A DNA stretch of 64,000 nucleotides from Thermodesulfobacteriota bacterium (GCA_041862515.1 JBGVTJ010000241.1:1685-65684), one strand, 5' to 3'. Positions 31,105 to 41,840 are shown, counted from the first letter of the stretch. The notes: generated from the sequence alone by a model not told the origin. Numbers and translations: made by a program.

Positions 31105-31208
31105 GCGCCATACGGCGATTGCCGCACCCTGTCCCTCTGAATGTATGTACCCGGGGGCCACTGAGATAAATTTTTCCTTTCCATACCCCTCCCTCAAGGA
31201 GTGGTAGT

Positions 31209-31619
31209 CTACCCGCTTGTCGACTCCATACAATACCTGAGAATATCGGTCTCCGTGATGAGGCCAATTAAATTACCCTCTTCAACCACTGGGAGGCATC
31301 CGATCTTCTTCTCTAACATCACCTTCCCCGCCTCCTCAATACACGACTCAGGGGAGATGGTGATGACCTCGTTTACCATCACCTCTTTCACCGCAACTGT
31401 CTTCATGAATGCTCTCTTTGCCTTTTCGCCATAGCCCATCGCAGAGGCCAAGGAAGCCTTAAAAAGATCCCTTTGGCTGATAATCCCAACCAATCGGCCT
31501 TCCTCAACGACGGGCAAGTGCCTAATCCTACCCAACTGCATGATATCGTCGGCCAAACTGAGCTCGTCGTTCAATCTGAGCGTGGCTACATCTTTCACCA
31601 TGATATCCTTCACCTTCAT
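31209..31619 (-). CDS. CBS domain pair protein
   Basis: Two CBS motifs (VKDIMVKDVATL..., VKEVMVNEVITI...). Confidence 0.8.
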   Translation of the reverse strand: MKVKDIMVKDVATLRLNDELSLADDIMQLGRIRHLPVVEEGRLVGIISQRDLFKASLASAMGYGEKAKRAFMKTVAVKEVMVNEVITISPESCIEEAGKVMLEKKIGCLPVVEEGNLIGLITETDILRYCMESTSG

Positions 31620-31990
31620 CGCCTTCCTCCTTGTCTCCCAGCCTTCAAGGGAGGATGAATCGCGCCTCCCCCCAACTCAAAGGGAGCTATATCCTAACAA
31701 AGGAGGTTCCGAATCCTCTCCGATGAAAGGAGTAAAAGCCTCGTTTCGATGACACCAAATGTACAATATCTGAGAGGTATGACAAAATCAATAAACTCGA
31801 AGCCCGAGACGTTTGATTTTTCAGGGGAAACATTTTGAATTTTATTTCATGGAGGTAATCAACACCGAGGTAACCACTGTGGTTCAAACGGTTATGGAGG
31901 TCTCATAGGCGGCTCCCATATCCTTGAAAGTTATCCCCCGACGAAAATGGTAAATCCTTGGAGGGCGAGCAGGAAGAATGACGTGGGTTC

Positions 31991-32560
31991 TCAGTCAGTG
32001 GAAAGGCCAGGTACCTTCAGTGTCATAAAGAAAAGGGCGATGATGGTTTTGGCATCTCGAATCTCGCCCCTTTTGATCATCCCCAGGGTCTCTTCCAATG
32101 GAATGGGTTTTACATTCAGTACTTCATCAGCATCGAGATTTTGGCGGCCCGGGATGAGGCCGGTAGCCAAGAAGATGTGAATATGCTCGTCTGAATAGCC
32201 CGGAACGGGAAAGATCTCACCCAATTCCTGAAATGCACGGGCGCGATAACCCACCTCCTCAGGAAGCTCCCTTTTGGCGCACTCAATGGGGCTTTCTCCC
32301 GGATTTATCGTGCCCGCGGGAACCTCCCAAACAAATTGTCCCACGGCATGCCGATATTGCTTGATCATTACCACCCTATGGTCGGCGAGGAGAGGGACGA
32401 TGGCAGCTGCCCCAGGGTGACGAATAATTTCTAATTCGGTCGTTTCTCCATTGGGCAATGTCAGCCTCTCTTTAGAGAGACGAATCACTTTACCCTTATA
32501 GAGATCCCATACCTCGTGCGGAATGATACCCATCCCATCCTCCTCGCTGTTGCAATACAT
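31991..32560 (-). CDS. NUDIX hydrolase (ADP-ribose pyrophosphatase-like)
   Basis: Nudix box GESPIECAKRELPEEVGY. Confidence 0.8.
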   Translation of the reverse strand: MYCNSEEDGMGIIPHEVWDLYKGKVIRLSKERLTLPNGETTELEIIRHPGAAAIVPLLADHRVVMIKQYRHAVGQFVWEVPAGTINPGESPIECAKRELPEEVGYRARAFQELGEIFPVPGYSDEHIHIFLATGLIPGRQNLDADEVLNVKPIPLEETLGMIKRGEIRDAKTIIALFFMTLKVPGLSTD

Positions 32561-32745
32561 TCCCTGTCAGACCATTTCCCCGTTGAGCGGAATCACCACT
32601 GTCGTTAACGTGCCTTAGAAGCAGGAAATTTAAAAAATCATTTTATTTCGGATACCTACAAAAAAAAGGGGGAAATAATGTAGCTTTATAATTTTAACTC
32701 CTTCAAATTTAAGAATTTTCACGGAAAAAAATCCATTTTCCCTCT

Positions 32746-32775
32746 TGACAATGGCCATATTTAGTGATACATAAG
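32746..32775 (+). promoter_or_regulatory. Sigma-70-like promoter candidate (TTGACA-17-TACATA) ahead of the small Cys-rich ORF
   Basis: Hexamers read from the sequence in an AT-rich intergenic region. Confidence 0.3.
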
Positions 32776-32809
32776 AAATAACTTACCAGATATTGGGGGA
32801 AGTTCCGCT

Positions 32810-32983
32810 ATGAGCTATATCATTTGCGAAAAGCGAAAGGGAAATCCCAAGGTCAATGTCGAAGTCTGCAGGAGAAAATGCAAGCATGCCAGCCAATGTA
32901 AACCCTACAATGAATACCTGGGCATTGGTCAAACCCTTCAAGGGACAAAGGGCAGTCTCCGAAATCATTCCATATCACCTTGA
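32810..32983 (+). CDS. Small Cys-rich protein (57 aa), below the ORF-track cutoff
   Basis: ATG at 32810 with RBS GGGGGA 9 nt upstream; MSYIICEKRKGNPKVNVEVCRRKCKHASQCKPYNEY... with four Cys. Confidence 0.4.
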   Translation: MSYIICEKRKGNPKVNVEVCRRKCKHASQCKPYNEYLGIGQTLQGTKGSLRNHSISP

Positions 32984-33810
32984 TCTCGAGCCTTCGGCTT
33001 ATATCGGGCCACCCCCTTTGACCCCCCGCAAAACCTCTGGCGAATCCCCCCTTTAGGACGCTGTTGAGGAAGTTGCCAATACCCAAATTCATATTGCAGG
33101 ATGCTGAGCATGGCCACTCCTACCGTCTCTGACCTCAGGATTCGGGGTCCCAGCCCCACGGGGATGAATCCATTCCCTTTTGCTGCAGAGATCTCCCTTT
33201 CGCAGAAACCTCCCTCGGGTCCAACGAGAAAGAGGAATTTTCTCGATTTCTTATCGATTTCCCCAATCCTCTCTTTCAAGGACATCTCCTCTTTCTCCCA
33301 AAGAATCAACTTTACAAGATCACGAACGGGCCATTCCAGAATTGACGTAAGATCACGGATAGCTTCAACCTTGGGGGGCGCGGTCCGCCCGCACTGTTTA
33401 GCCGATTCAACAGCGATCCTCTTCCAACGATTCCATCTCCTTTCGAACCTTTCCCCGCCCAAATTCGGAACGGTCCTCGATGAAACGAATGGAAAAATTG
33501 CCGAGACACCCATTTCAGTTGTTTTTTGCAAGACATAATCCATCTTATCCCCCTTCAAAAGCCCTTGACCCAAGATGACCTCGATGGGGGATTCCCTCCG
33601 GGGAGTGTTCGTTTTCCCAATTGTCACCGTGATCCGATTGAGCTTTTGACTTTCAATGGTTCCCCAATACTCCATTCCCCTCCCATCGAAGAGGACAATT
33701 TCATCCCCCTTCTTTAACCTGAGGACCTTTTGGATATGCCTCGCCTCCGCCCCCGAAATCTCTATTTTTTTTCCCACCCAATGGGGGTCTTCCACATAAA
33801 AACGCGACAC
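32965..33810 (-). CDS. rsmE: 16S rRNA (uracil1498-N3)-methyltransferase
   Basis: RFYV start, GDEIVLFDG, VGPEGGF, GPRILRSET motifs. Confidence 0.8.
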   Translation of the reverse strand: MSRFYVEDPHWVGKKIEISGAEARHIQKVLRLKKGDEIVLFDGRGMEYWGTIESQKLNRITVTIGKTNTPRRESPIEVILGQGLLKGDKMDYVLQKTTEMGVSAIFPFVSSRTVPNLGGERFERRWNRWKRIAVESAKQCGRTAPPKVEAIRDLTSILEWPVRDLVKLILWEKEEMSLKERIGEIDKKSRKFLFLVGPEGGFCEREISAAKGNGFIPVGLGPRILRSETVGVAMLSILQYEFGYWQLPQQRPKGGIRQRFCGGSKGVARYKPKARDQGDME

Positions 33811-33819
33811 TAATCACCC

Positions 33820-34725
33820 TCATGCTCTTATGAAGACGAGACAGGCCCACCCTTTTTCCCGGGTAACCTCCATCAAGGCGAAAGGCCCATCGGCGAACAG
33901 TTTTCTCAAAAGGCCTGCCTCCCCACCTAAGACTCCGGAGAGGATGAGGATACCTCCAGCCGCAACGCGGTCCATCAGGGAAAAACTCATCTCCTCGATA
34001 GTCTTCGCATCGATATTTGTGACAACCAAGTCGAACTGCCCCCTTGCCTGAGAGATGGTGGCCTTTCTTATTCGAACCTTCCCACTCAATTTATTAATAC
34101 GAATATTTTCCCTCGCATTAGCAATGGCCCTCTGTTCGACGTCTATACCCAGGACATTCCGGGCCCCCAATTTGGCCGCCGCAATACTGAGAATACCCGA
34201 TCCCATCCCCACATCCAAGACCGAATGGGGTGCTCTCCTACCTCTTCGTGGGAAGTCATATCCGCCGGTAAAGGCTTTCTCCAGTGCTCGAAGGCAAAGC
34301 CGTGTGGTCGGATGAGTCCCCGTTCCAAAAGCCATTCCCGGCTCGATATCGATGACAATCATCCCCCGTGACCTTAGCCTTATCCAAGGGGGTTTGACGA
34401 CGATCCGCCTTCCTGCTTGGGAAGCCTTGAAGAAAGCCCTCCAACGCATCATCCAATCTCTATCATCGACAAAGCGAATCTCAACACCAGATGGGCAAAT
34501 CTCCGGGAAGAATTCCCTTATAGCCTCCAAATAGCGGGAAATGGATTGGGCCTCAATCATAACAGGAGAGGGGAAATAGGCCTTAATTATTTCGGACCCC
34601 TCCTCCCCCTGGAGCTCTTCAATAACAATCCCGCTGGAACCCCTTTCCATAAGGAAATTGGCCAGGGCCTCCTGGGCCTCTTTCGGAATCGTAACCCTGA
34701 CTTCCCCCCACTGAGTAGTTGTCAT
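33820..34725 (-). CDS. prmA: Ribosomal protein L11 methyltransferase
   Basis: VLDVGMGSGILSIAAAKLGA SAM-binding motif and PrmA N-terminal region; start at the internal ATG at 34725. Confidence 0.8.
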   Translation of the reverse strand: MTTTQWGEVRVTIPKEAQEALANFLMERGSSGIVIEELQGEEGSEIIKAYFPSPVMIEAQSISRYLEAIREFFPEICPSGVEIRFVDDRDWMMRWRAFFKASQAGRRIVVKPPWIRLRSRGMIVIDIEPGMAFGTGTHPTTRLCLRALEKAFTGGYDFPRRGRRAPHSVLDVGMGSGILSIAAAKLGARNVLGIDVEQRAIANARENIRINKLSGKVRIRKATISQARGQFDLVVTNIDAKTIEEMSFSLMDRVAAGGILILSGVLGGEAGLLRKLFADGPFALMEVTREKGWACLVFIRA

Positions 34726-34955
34726 ATCCCTCTTCTTTCGATGTTCCAGGTTTGTAACCGCCAAGAGGCTTTGGGACTTCATCTTATCACAGAAATGGAT
34801 TTCCTCAAGGAGAAATCCCCCCTCCATTCTAGAAGAGGGTTCATCTCCTTGACAATGAACGAGGGTATATCCTATAATTCCACTTAAAAATTTAAGGAGT
34901 TATGCTTTTTTATACGTTAAATTGAGCCCTATCCGTTAAGGATTGGAAGGTCAAC

Positions 34956-35594
34956 GTGAGATTATTCATCACCTTCGAGGGCATAGAGGGAAGCGGCAAA
35001 ACGACGCAAATTCAACTACTGAGGGGTTATTTGCAACGAAGGGGATATCGATGCCGCATCACCCGGGAGCCCGGTGGGTCCAGAATTGGGGATAAAATCA
35101 GGGATATTCTTATGGATACGAACAACGAAAACCTGACCCCCCTCAGCGAATTATACCTCATCCTGGCCAATCGGGCACAGCATGTTATGGAGGTGATAGA
35201 ACCCGCTCTGAAGGATCAAAGTATTCTTATCTGTGATCGATTTCACGATGCGACGATGGCCTATCAAGGATTTGCACGAGGGATGGCCCTTGATTTGATC
35301 GAAAGGCTCAATCAAACGGTTACCAAGGGGTTGAAACCCGATCTGACGATTTTACTGGACTGCCCTGTTGAAGTCGGGTTAGAGAGGGCCAGGGGGAGAA
35401 TGGGGGCTGGGGATTTATTGTGGAAAGAGGGCAGATTTGAAGGGGAACGAGGGGATTTCCATCAGAAGGTGAGGGATGCCTATCTCGCAATCGCCAAAGC
35501 CGAACCCGGCCGGATTAAGGTCGTGGATGGATCAAGGGATGAGCATACCGTTGAGCGGGAAATCCGCCAACTCGTTAACCCCCTTCTAGAATGA
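34956..35594 (+). CDS. tmk: Thymidylate kinase
   Basis: FITFEGIEGSGKTTQ P-loop and the DRF/DxT motif. Confidence 0.9.
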   Translation: MRLFITFEGIEGSGKTTQIQLLRGYLQRRGYRCRITREPGGSRIGDKIRDILMDTNNENLTPLSELYLILANRAQHVMEVIEPALKDQSILICDRFHDATMAYQGFARGMALDLIERLNQTVTKGLKPDLTILLDCPVEVGLERARGRMGAGDLLWKEGRFEGERGDFHQKVRDAYLAIAKAEPGRIKVVDGSRDEHTVEREIRQLVNPLLE

Positions 35595-35601
35595 CTCTTA
35601 G

Positions 35602-36612
35602 GTGGGCAGGATGTCTTTCAAGGAAATTATCGGACATGATAGGCAGATAGAACATCTTCGGAATGCCATGAGGAATGGGCGGCTCGCTCACGCTTACCTT
35701 TTTCTGGGAAAGGAGGGGATTGGGAAAAAAGTGGTCGCCCTAAACCTGGCCAAGGCCCTCAATTGCCTTCGTGGTGACGAAGAACCCTGTGATGAATGCC
35801 GACCCTGTCTGAAGGTAAATCACCTTCATCACCCCGACGTCCTTTTGGTGGAACCTCACGGCCAATGGATTCGCATCGACCAGATCAGGGACCTGCAGAG
35901 AGAGTTGAGCCACAGACCTTATGAGGGGAAGAGGAGGGTCTGTATTCTCACGGATGCGGATCGAATGAGACAGGAGGCGGCTAATGCTCTGCTAAGAATT
36001 TTGGAGGAACCCCCTCTTCACACGGTGCTGATCCTCCTTGCTGCCAATGGAGATTTCATTCTTCCCACCATTACCTCTCGCTGCCAGAGGATTACCTTTA
36101 ATCCGTTACCCCCTGAACGAATAGCGGAAGTCCTTCGGTCAAGATTGGGGCTGAAAAGAGAGGAGGCTCATATTCTAGCCTCCCTTGCCGATGGGAGTTT
36201 GGGGAAAGCCTTGCAGACGGATCTGGATTTTGTCCGTCGGACCAGAAGGGAGATCATCGAAAGGATCATCGACCTTCCCTCTTATGGGGCTGAACAAATA
36301 TTGGGTTTGGCCGAGGAAATGACCAACAACAATGATCTACCCATGCTTCTAACCATGATCCATACATGGTATAGAGACCTTTTATCATATAAGGAGAGGG
36401 GAAGTAGGGCACAGTTGATTAACATCGACCTTTCCCTCGAGATCAATGAGGCGGCTCCAGGGACGGATATTCCATCTCTGATTCGTCGAATGGAGGTCAT
36501 TCAGGGGACCTTATGGAACCTGGATAGAAATGCAAATCGACAACTAACTCTAGAGACCATGCTCCTGGATTTGGCCGGAACCAGAGGCCTCCATGGCGAT
36601 ACAAGGAGTTGA
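35602..36612 (+). CDS. holB: DNA polymerase III subunit delta-prime
   Basis: AHAYLFLGKEGIGKK, zinc module CDECRPC, SRCQ box. Confidence 0.85.
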   Translation: MGRMSFKEIIGHDRQIEHLRNAMRNGRLAHAYLFLGKEGIGKKVVALNLAKALNCLRGDEEPCDECRPCLKVNHLHHPDVLLVEPHGQWIRIDQIRDLQRELSHRPYEGKRRVCILTDADRMRQEAANALLRILEEPPLHTVLILLAANGDFILPTITSRCQRITFNPLPPERIAEVLRSRLGLKREEAHILASLADGSLGKALQTDLDFVRRTRREIIERIIDLPSYGAEQILGLAEEMTNNNDLPMLLTMIHTWYRDLLSYKERGSRAQLINIDLSLEINEAAPGTDIPSLIRRMEVIQGTLWNLDRNANRQLTLETMLLDLAGTRGLHGDTRS

Positions 36613-37402
36613 GAAGATGGTCAGAGTTGTCGGCGTCAAGCTTTATGACGCCAAAATTTATGAGTTTGACGCCCTCGATAAGGAATTGAAATTGGGCGAT
36701 AGGGTTTTAGTGGAGACGGAAAAGGGTCGATTTCTGGGAAAGGTGGCCGTTGAGCCTAGGGAAAAGGAGGAGCGGTCCCTCCTGAAAAACCTCGAACCAG
36801 TCCTTCGGAAGGTAACCGATGAGGACTTGAAACAGGAGGAAAAGAATGTTGAGATGCAGAGGGAGGCCTTCGAGTTCTGCCTGGAAAGGATAAGGGCGAG
36901 GGGGCTACTCATGAAACTGGTCCGCGTCGAATTTTTATTCGATCGGAGCAAGACCATCTTCTATTTTACCTCGGAAAAGAGGGTTGATTTCAGGGAACTA
37001 GTAAAAGACTTAGCCTCAAAATACCACACCAGAATTGAGATGAGACAGGTTGGCGTCAGAGATGAAGCCAAAATGATCGGGGGAACGGGGAGTTGTGGCC
37101 GCGAGCTCTGTTGTTGCCGTTTTCTCAACACCTTTGATCTGGTATCCGTTCGCATGGCCAAGGAACAGAACCTCGCACTCAATCCCGAAAAAATTTCAGG
37201 TGTATGTGGTCGGCTCATGTGCTGCCTGGCTTTTGAACATGAAACTTATTCCCAACTCGGGAAAAACCTTCCCAAGCTCGGAAAGCGGATCAAGACAAAA
37301 TTCGGACAGGGAAAGGTCATTCGGCAGAACATCCTCGCTCAGACGGTGACCCTCCAATTGGAGGATGGAGCCGAAATGACTCTCGATGTATCCGACCTTT
37401 AA
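36593..37402 (+). CDS. PSP1 domain protein (RicT/YaaT-like)
   Basis: PSP1 C-terminal conserved region with a CGRELCCCRFL Cys cluster; overlaps the holB end. Confidence 0.8.
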   Translation: MAIQGVEKMVRVVGVKLYDAKIYEFDALDKELKLGDRVLVETEKGRFLGKVAVEPREKEERSLLKNLEPVLRKVTDEDLKQEEKNVEMQREAFEFCLERIRARGLLMKLVRVEFLFDRSKTIFYFTSEKRVDFRELVKDLASKYHTRIEMRQVGVRDEAKMIGGTGSCGRELCCCRFLNTFDLVSVRMAKEQNLALNPEKISGVCGRLMCCLAFEHETYSQLGKNLPKLGKRIKTKFGQGKVIRQNILAQTVTLQLEDGAEMTLDVSDL

Positions 37403-37419
37403 GGGAAAAGGACCGGGAG

Positions 37420-38979
37420 ATGACAAAGAGGTTTTACATTACCACGCCAATCTACTATGTGAATGATGTTCCTCACATCGGGCATGCATACACTACCATC
37501 GTGGCCGATGTCTTGAGTCGGTTCCATCGACAGTCGGGTTTTGAGACCTTTTTCCTGACGGGAACGGATGAGCACGGTAACAAAGTGCTCCAGGCGGCGG
37601 AAGCAGCGGGCAAAACCCCCAAAGCGTTTGCGGACGAAATCAGCGGCTTGTTCAAAGATCTCTGGCCCCAGTTGGATATCTCCAACGACTCCTTCATTCG
37701 CACCACCGCTGAAAAACACCAGAAGGTAGTTCAACTGATCCTAAGGAAAGTTTATGATAAAGGGGATATCTATTTCGGGGAATACGGTGGATATTACTGC
37801 TTCGGTTGCGAACGCTTCTATACCCAGGGAGAACTGGTGGATGGGAAATGCCCGGATCACCAGAAGGAACCCCAATTCATTAAAGAGAAAAATTATTTCT
37901 TTAAGATGAGCAAATATCAAAAGTGGCTGATCCAGCACATTGAGGAACATGAGGATTTCATTCGCCCTGAGATCTATCGAAATAAGGTCCTTTCCTTCCT
38001 CCGGGAACCGTTGGAAGATCTCTGTATCTCCCGTCCTAAAAACAGGCTTTCCTGGGGAATCTCCCTTCCCTTCGATTCCAACTACGTGACCTATGTCTGG
38101 TTCGATGCCCTCATCAACTATATCTCGGCCTTGGGTTACCCATCGGCGAGTGCCTTCCAAAAATTCTGGCCAGTGGCCGAACATCTCATAGCAAAGGACA
38201 TTCTCATCCCTCACGGGATCTATTGGCCAACCATGCTCCGGGCCGCGGACATTCCCCCTTACAAAAGGCTCAACGTCCATGGGTACTGGAATATCAAGGA
38301 AAGCAAGATGTCGAAAAGCCTGGGAAACATCATCAGGCCTTTAGAGGTTAAAGAGAAATACGGTTTAGATTCCTTTCGCTATTTCCTCTTGAGGGAGATG
38401 ACCTTTGGCCTCGATTCGAACTTCAGCGAAGATGCACTTATCCAGAGAATCAACTCAGACCTCGCCAATGACTTGGGAAACCTCCTTAACCGAAACGTGG
38501 CCATGGTAATCAAATACTTCGATGGAAAGGTCCAATCGCCAGGTCCTGTGGAACCCATCGATGAGGCCCTGAGGGAAAGTGTCTCCTCCGTTGTTCAGGA
38601 GGTGGAGGTTTGTATGGAGGAGATGGCTTTCAAAAAAGCCCTCATCTCTACATGGAGATTGATCGCCAAGGTCAACCAATATCTGGACCAGACGGCACCT
38701 TGGTCCCTTGCCAAGGAAAAGAAACGGCAAACGAGGCTGGCTACCGTATTATATAACGCCCTGGAGTCCCTAAGGGTTATTGCTATCCTGATCTACCCGG
38801 TTATGCCTCGAACGGGCGTTGAGATATGGCGTCAGATCGACCCGGGGGCTCAGCTTCCAGAACAGGATTTTAGCCAGGCCAAACTCTGGAGGCAATATAA
38901 GGCTGGCTCCATCGTAAAAAGGCCAAGGGCTCTCTTTCCCAGGGTTGACACCGCCAAAGTGCAAGGACGGGAGGGATGA
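37420..38979 (+). CDS. metG: Methionine--tRNA ligase
   Basis: HIGH motif (PHIGHAYT), KMSKS, CxxC zinc knuckle. Confidence 0.95.
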   Translation: MTKRFYITTPIYYVNDVPHIGHAYTTIVADVLSRFHRQSGFETFFLTGTDEHGNKVLQAAEAAGKTPKAFADEISGLFKDLWPQLDISNDSFIRTTAEKHQKVVQLILRKVYDKGDIYFGEYGGYYCFGCERFYTQGELVDGKCPDHQKEPQFIKEKNYFFKMSKYQKWLIQHIEEHEDFIRPEIYRNKVLSFLREPLEDLCISRPKNRLSWGISLPFDSNYVTYVWFDALINYISALGYPSASAFQKFWPVAEHLIAKDILIPHGIYWPTMLRAADIPPYKRLNVHGYWNIKESKMSKSLGNIIRPLEVKEKYGLDSFRYFLLREMTFGLDSNFSEDALIQRINSDLANDLGNLLNRNVAMVIKYFDGKVQSPGPVEPIDEALRESVSSVVQEVEVCMEEMAFKKALISTWRLIAKVNQYLDQTAPWSLAKEKKRQTRLATVLYNALESLRVIAILIYPVMPRTGVEIWRQIDPGAQLPEQDFSQAKLWRQYKAGSIVKRPRALFPRVDTAKVQGREG

Positions 38980-39467
38980 AAGCTAAGGCCAGGAGAAATC
39001 CACAAAGGATCGGGTCGATACTGGAGAAGACCCTGAAGAAGATGTCGTTGGATAGGAAATTGAAGGAGCATGAGATCTGGAATGTTTGGAACAGTGTAGT
39101 GGGAGAACCCGTGTCCAGGCACGCTCAACCCGACTTCATGAAAAATAAAATCCTCTTCGTAAAGGTTTCCAGTTCTCCTTGGATGCACCAACTTCATTAC
39201 ATGGGCAAGGGAATCTGTGAGGCACTCAATAAGAGACTGGGTACCCATATCATCGAGGAGATCCGTTTCAGGTTAGGAGAGGTCGATCTTCCCTGCAACG
39301 AAACCCCAACCTCTTCCCGGTCTTCACATACCACTCCACCCCGGGGGAAGGGTATCCCGAAGGAGATTCGGCAAACCCTTTCCTCCATTAAGGATGTGGA
39401 AGTGAGGAAAATTCTTGGAAAGGTGATTCTCATGGACCGGGGGAGGCGGGAGGGGAAGGCTCACTGA
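38976..39467 (+). CDS. DUF721/DciA-like protein
   Basis: 163 aa overlapping the metG stop; DciA-like N-terminal pattern (WNSVVGEPVSRHAQPDFMKNKILFVKVSSSPWMHQL). Confidence 0.55.
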   Translation: MKAKARRNPQRIGSILEKTLKKMSLDRKLKEHEIWNVWNSVVGEPVSRHAQPDFMKNKILFVKVSSSPWMHQLHYMGKGICEALNKRLGTHIIEEIRFRLGEVDLPCNETPTSSRSSHTTPPRGKGIPKEIRQTLSSIKDVEVRKILGKVILMDRGRREGKAH

Positions 39468-39470
39468 CTA

Positions 39471-40652
39471 TCATCTGTCCCGTGTAACCCTCACCACTGA
39501 TGGGATTTCTCGATAGACCTCCTTGAGGGGAATTCCCATGCTTTCCGCGATTTTCCTGCAATCCTCATACTCGGGCATTATGTTAATTATCTGCCCCCTA
39601 TGATCAGTGGAAACCTTGACCCTCACCGTGCCATATTTGGTCTCCACCTCTTCTATTCTTCGACTCAGTTTTGCCCTATGGACGGGATAGAGACGGGCCC
39701 CGATGGAGGTTGATTCTCTGAAGAGGGTATCGACAATCCTATTAACCTCCGGTTCGTGGCAGAGGATCTTGATAGTGGTGCCAGGGCGGTTCTTCTTCAT
39801 CTGAATAGGAGTGAAGGTCATGTCCAGCGCGCCCGCTTCAGGAAGCTTTTCCATGAGATAGCCATAAATTTCGGGAGACATATCGTCAATATCGGTCTCC
39901 ACTACCCAAACCCGATCTCCTTCCCATGGTCCTTCACCCTCCCCCAAGATAATCCTCAATACGTTCGGGATTTCCTCGAATACCTTATCGCCCACCCCAT
40001 ACCCCAGACTCTCGATCCTCATCTCGGGAATGTCACCGAAGCCGGTAGCCAAGGAGGTTAGAATGGCTGCTCCTGTGGGCGTAACCAGCTCCTCATCCAA
40101 GGAAGAAGAGTAAATGGGAACCCCCTTTAATATCTCAAGGGTGGCCGGCGCTGGAACCGGTAGTCGTCCATGTTGCCCCCGGACGAACCCAGATCCCACT
40201 GGAATTCTGGAGACAAACACCTGCTCAATTGCCAGGTATTTTACCCCCGCAGCAGCTCCCACCATATTTATGATGGAGTCAAGGGCACCGATTTCGTGGA
40301 AGTGAACCCGATCGATTTTTTCGCCGTGAATTTTTGCCTCGGCCGAGGCCAGTCGATGGAATATATCAAGGCTTCTTTCCTTTACCAGCTGATCCAATGG
40401 GCTCTCTTCGATCATCCTTTTGATTTCTCTGTAGGAACGCTGGGGACCGTTACCCTCCCTGACCCTCACCTTCACATGGGTTCCATAAATCCGCATCCTT
40501 TCATTCCGTTTTACCTCTATGTCGAACGGTTCGACCCCCAACTTCGCCACCTCCTCGAGGATGACGGATTTCGGCAAACCGATATCGATCAAGGCCCCAA
40601 GGACCATGTTCCCGCTAATGCCCGAAAAGCAATCGAGATAGCACACCCTCAT
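39471..40652 (-). CDS. larC: Nickel-pincer cofactor biosynthesis protein LarC (DUF111)
   Basis: LDCFSGISGNMVLGALIDIG N-terminal motif. Confidence 0.85.
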   Translation of the reverse strand: MRVCYLDCFSGISGNMVLGALIDIGLPKSVILEEVAKLGVEPFDIEVKRNERMRIYGTHVKVRVREGNGPQRSYREIKRMIEESPLDQLVKERSLDIFHRLASAEAKIHGEKIDRVHFHEIGALDSIINMVGAAAGVKYLAIEQVFVSRIPVGSGFVRGQHGRLPVPAPATLEILKGVPIYSSSLDEELVTPTGAAILTSLATGFGDIPEMRIESLGYGVGDKVFEEIPNVLRIILGEGEGPWEGDRVWVVETDIDDMSPEIYGYLMEKLPEAGALDMTFTPIQMKKNRPGTTIKILCHEPEVNRIVDTLFRESTSIGARLYPVHRAKLSRRIEEVETKYGTVRVKVSTDHRGQIINIMPEYEDCRKIAESMGIPLKEVYREIPSVVRVTRDR

Positions 40653-40695
40653 GCCGAACCGCCTTTCCCTCGAGTAGTGAAGGTATTCGCGGACA

Positions 40696-41073
40696 TCAGT
40701 CTCCTTCTTCCACGCGGACGGATGTCCCTGTTCTCACCGTCTTCAGCACTTCGGGATCCCCTACCACCTTTCCGAAGACATTCACCGGGGAGGCTGGTCT
40801 GATTTCATCCCCGCGACTGTTTGGCGTTGGACCGAAGAAAATACAGAATGCGTTACCGGGAGGCCAATACCCCATATCTCCTGGCTCCACAACCTCTCGG
40901 GCCGAATCTTCTAATTGTGCCTGGATTGGAATGGAGAAATAAATTTCGTCTCCCCACGTGTTGATGCGGGATTCAATGGGAAGATCCTTCCAGATGAGAT
41001 CGGCCGTCCCCGTCTCATTGAGTTCACCATATATCTGCACTTCGCCCACCGTAACTTTAATCCTCCTACCCAT
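40696..41073 (-). CDS. Cyclophilin-like fold protein (hypothetical)
   Basis: 125 aa; weak pattern recall only. Confidence 0.4.
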   Translation of the reverse strand: MGRRIKVTVGEVQIYGELNETGTADLIWKDLPIESRINTWGDEIYFSIPIQAQLEDSAREVVEPGDMGYWPPGNAFCIFFGPTPNSRGDEIRPASPVNVFGKVVGDPEVLKTVRTGTSVRVEEGD

Positions 41074-41089
41074 CCTCTCTCCTCCTCAT

Positions 41090-41785
41090 TCACCTTTTGT
41101 CCTGCGGCTTGCCTGGCTTTTCGGAATCAATTTTCTTTGCCCCTTCCCTTTCATCGATGGGCTCGAATTCATCGTAAAGGCTTCGATTCTGCCCCCCGAT
41201 ACCGGGAAAGATTGTTTCCAGTTTGATTTCGAAAGGTCTCCCCGTGTCTCCCTTTTTTCGCCCCGTCTGGATCCAAATAAGGATAAAACCTAAGGCAAGC
41301 AGAAGATAACCTGGAGCCTCCTTAATGGCCACCCCAAGGGGAGCCGGAAATGTCCCCGCCTTGAACCAATCCGTGAGGAATACCCTGAGGGTATTGATAC
41401 ATAAAATCCCGAGAATAACATAATAGGCCAAGAGCGTTTTCCGAATATTTCCGAGCAATGTGCCTACCAGTTCCCCGTGAATTTTCCTGAAATGTTTCCA
41501 ACTCTTGGAAATAGATCTGAGGATTTCATTGCGGACCTTCTCATCCTGCTCATGCATTTTGAGTATTATCTGTTTATCGTTTCGAAAGAGGAGATACCTC
41601 CGAAAGAGGGTATCCATCTCCTCTGTTATCGAGTCGTAATTCCTCACATTCCTGTAAATAAAAAAGGCCATGAGGGCAACCAAGACTAGGGTAATCCATT
41701 CATCCAGTCCTAAGAGGGCAAACAGCAACGGTTTGATGGGCTGGAAATATGAGATGAGCCAATGTACAGAAGGGGATTCGATCAT
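41090..41785 (-). CDS. Hypothetical membrane protein
   Basis: 231-aa ORF with several hydrophobic helices. Confidence 0.4.
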   Translation of the reverse strand: MIESPSVHWLISYFQPIKPLLFALLGLDEWITLVLVALMAFFIYRNVRNYDSITEEMDTLFRRYLLFRNDKQIILKMHEQDEKVRNEILRSISKSWKHFRKIHGELVGTLLGNIRKTLLAYYVILGILCINTLRVFLTDWFKAGTFPAPLGVAIKEAPGYLLLALGFILIWIQTGRKKGDTGRPFEIKLETIFPGIGGQNRSLYDEFEPIDEREGAKKIDSEKPGKPQDKR

Positions 41786-41840
41786 TCTATCTATAGAGGC
41801 ATAGACTTGAAAAGACCCTGCGGCCTATCGCTTTCAAATC

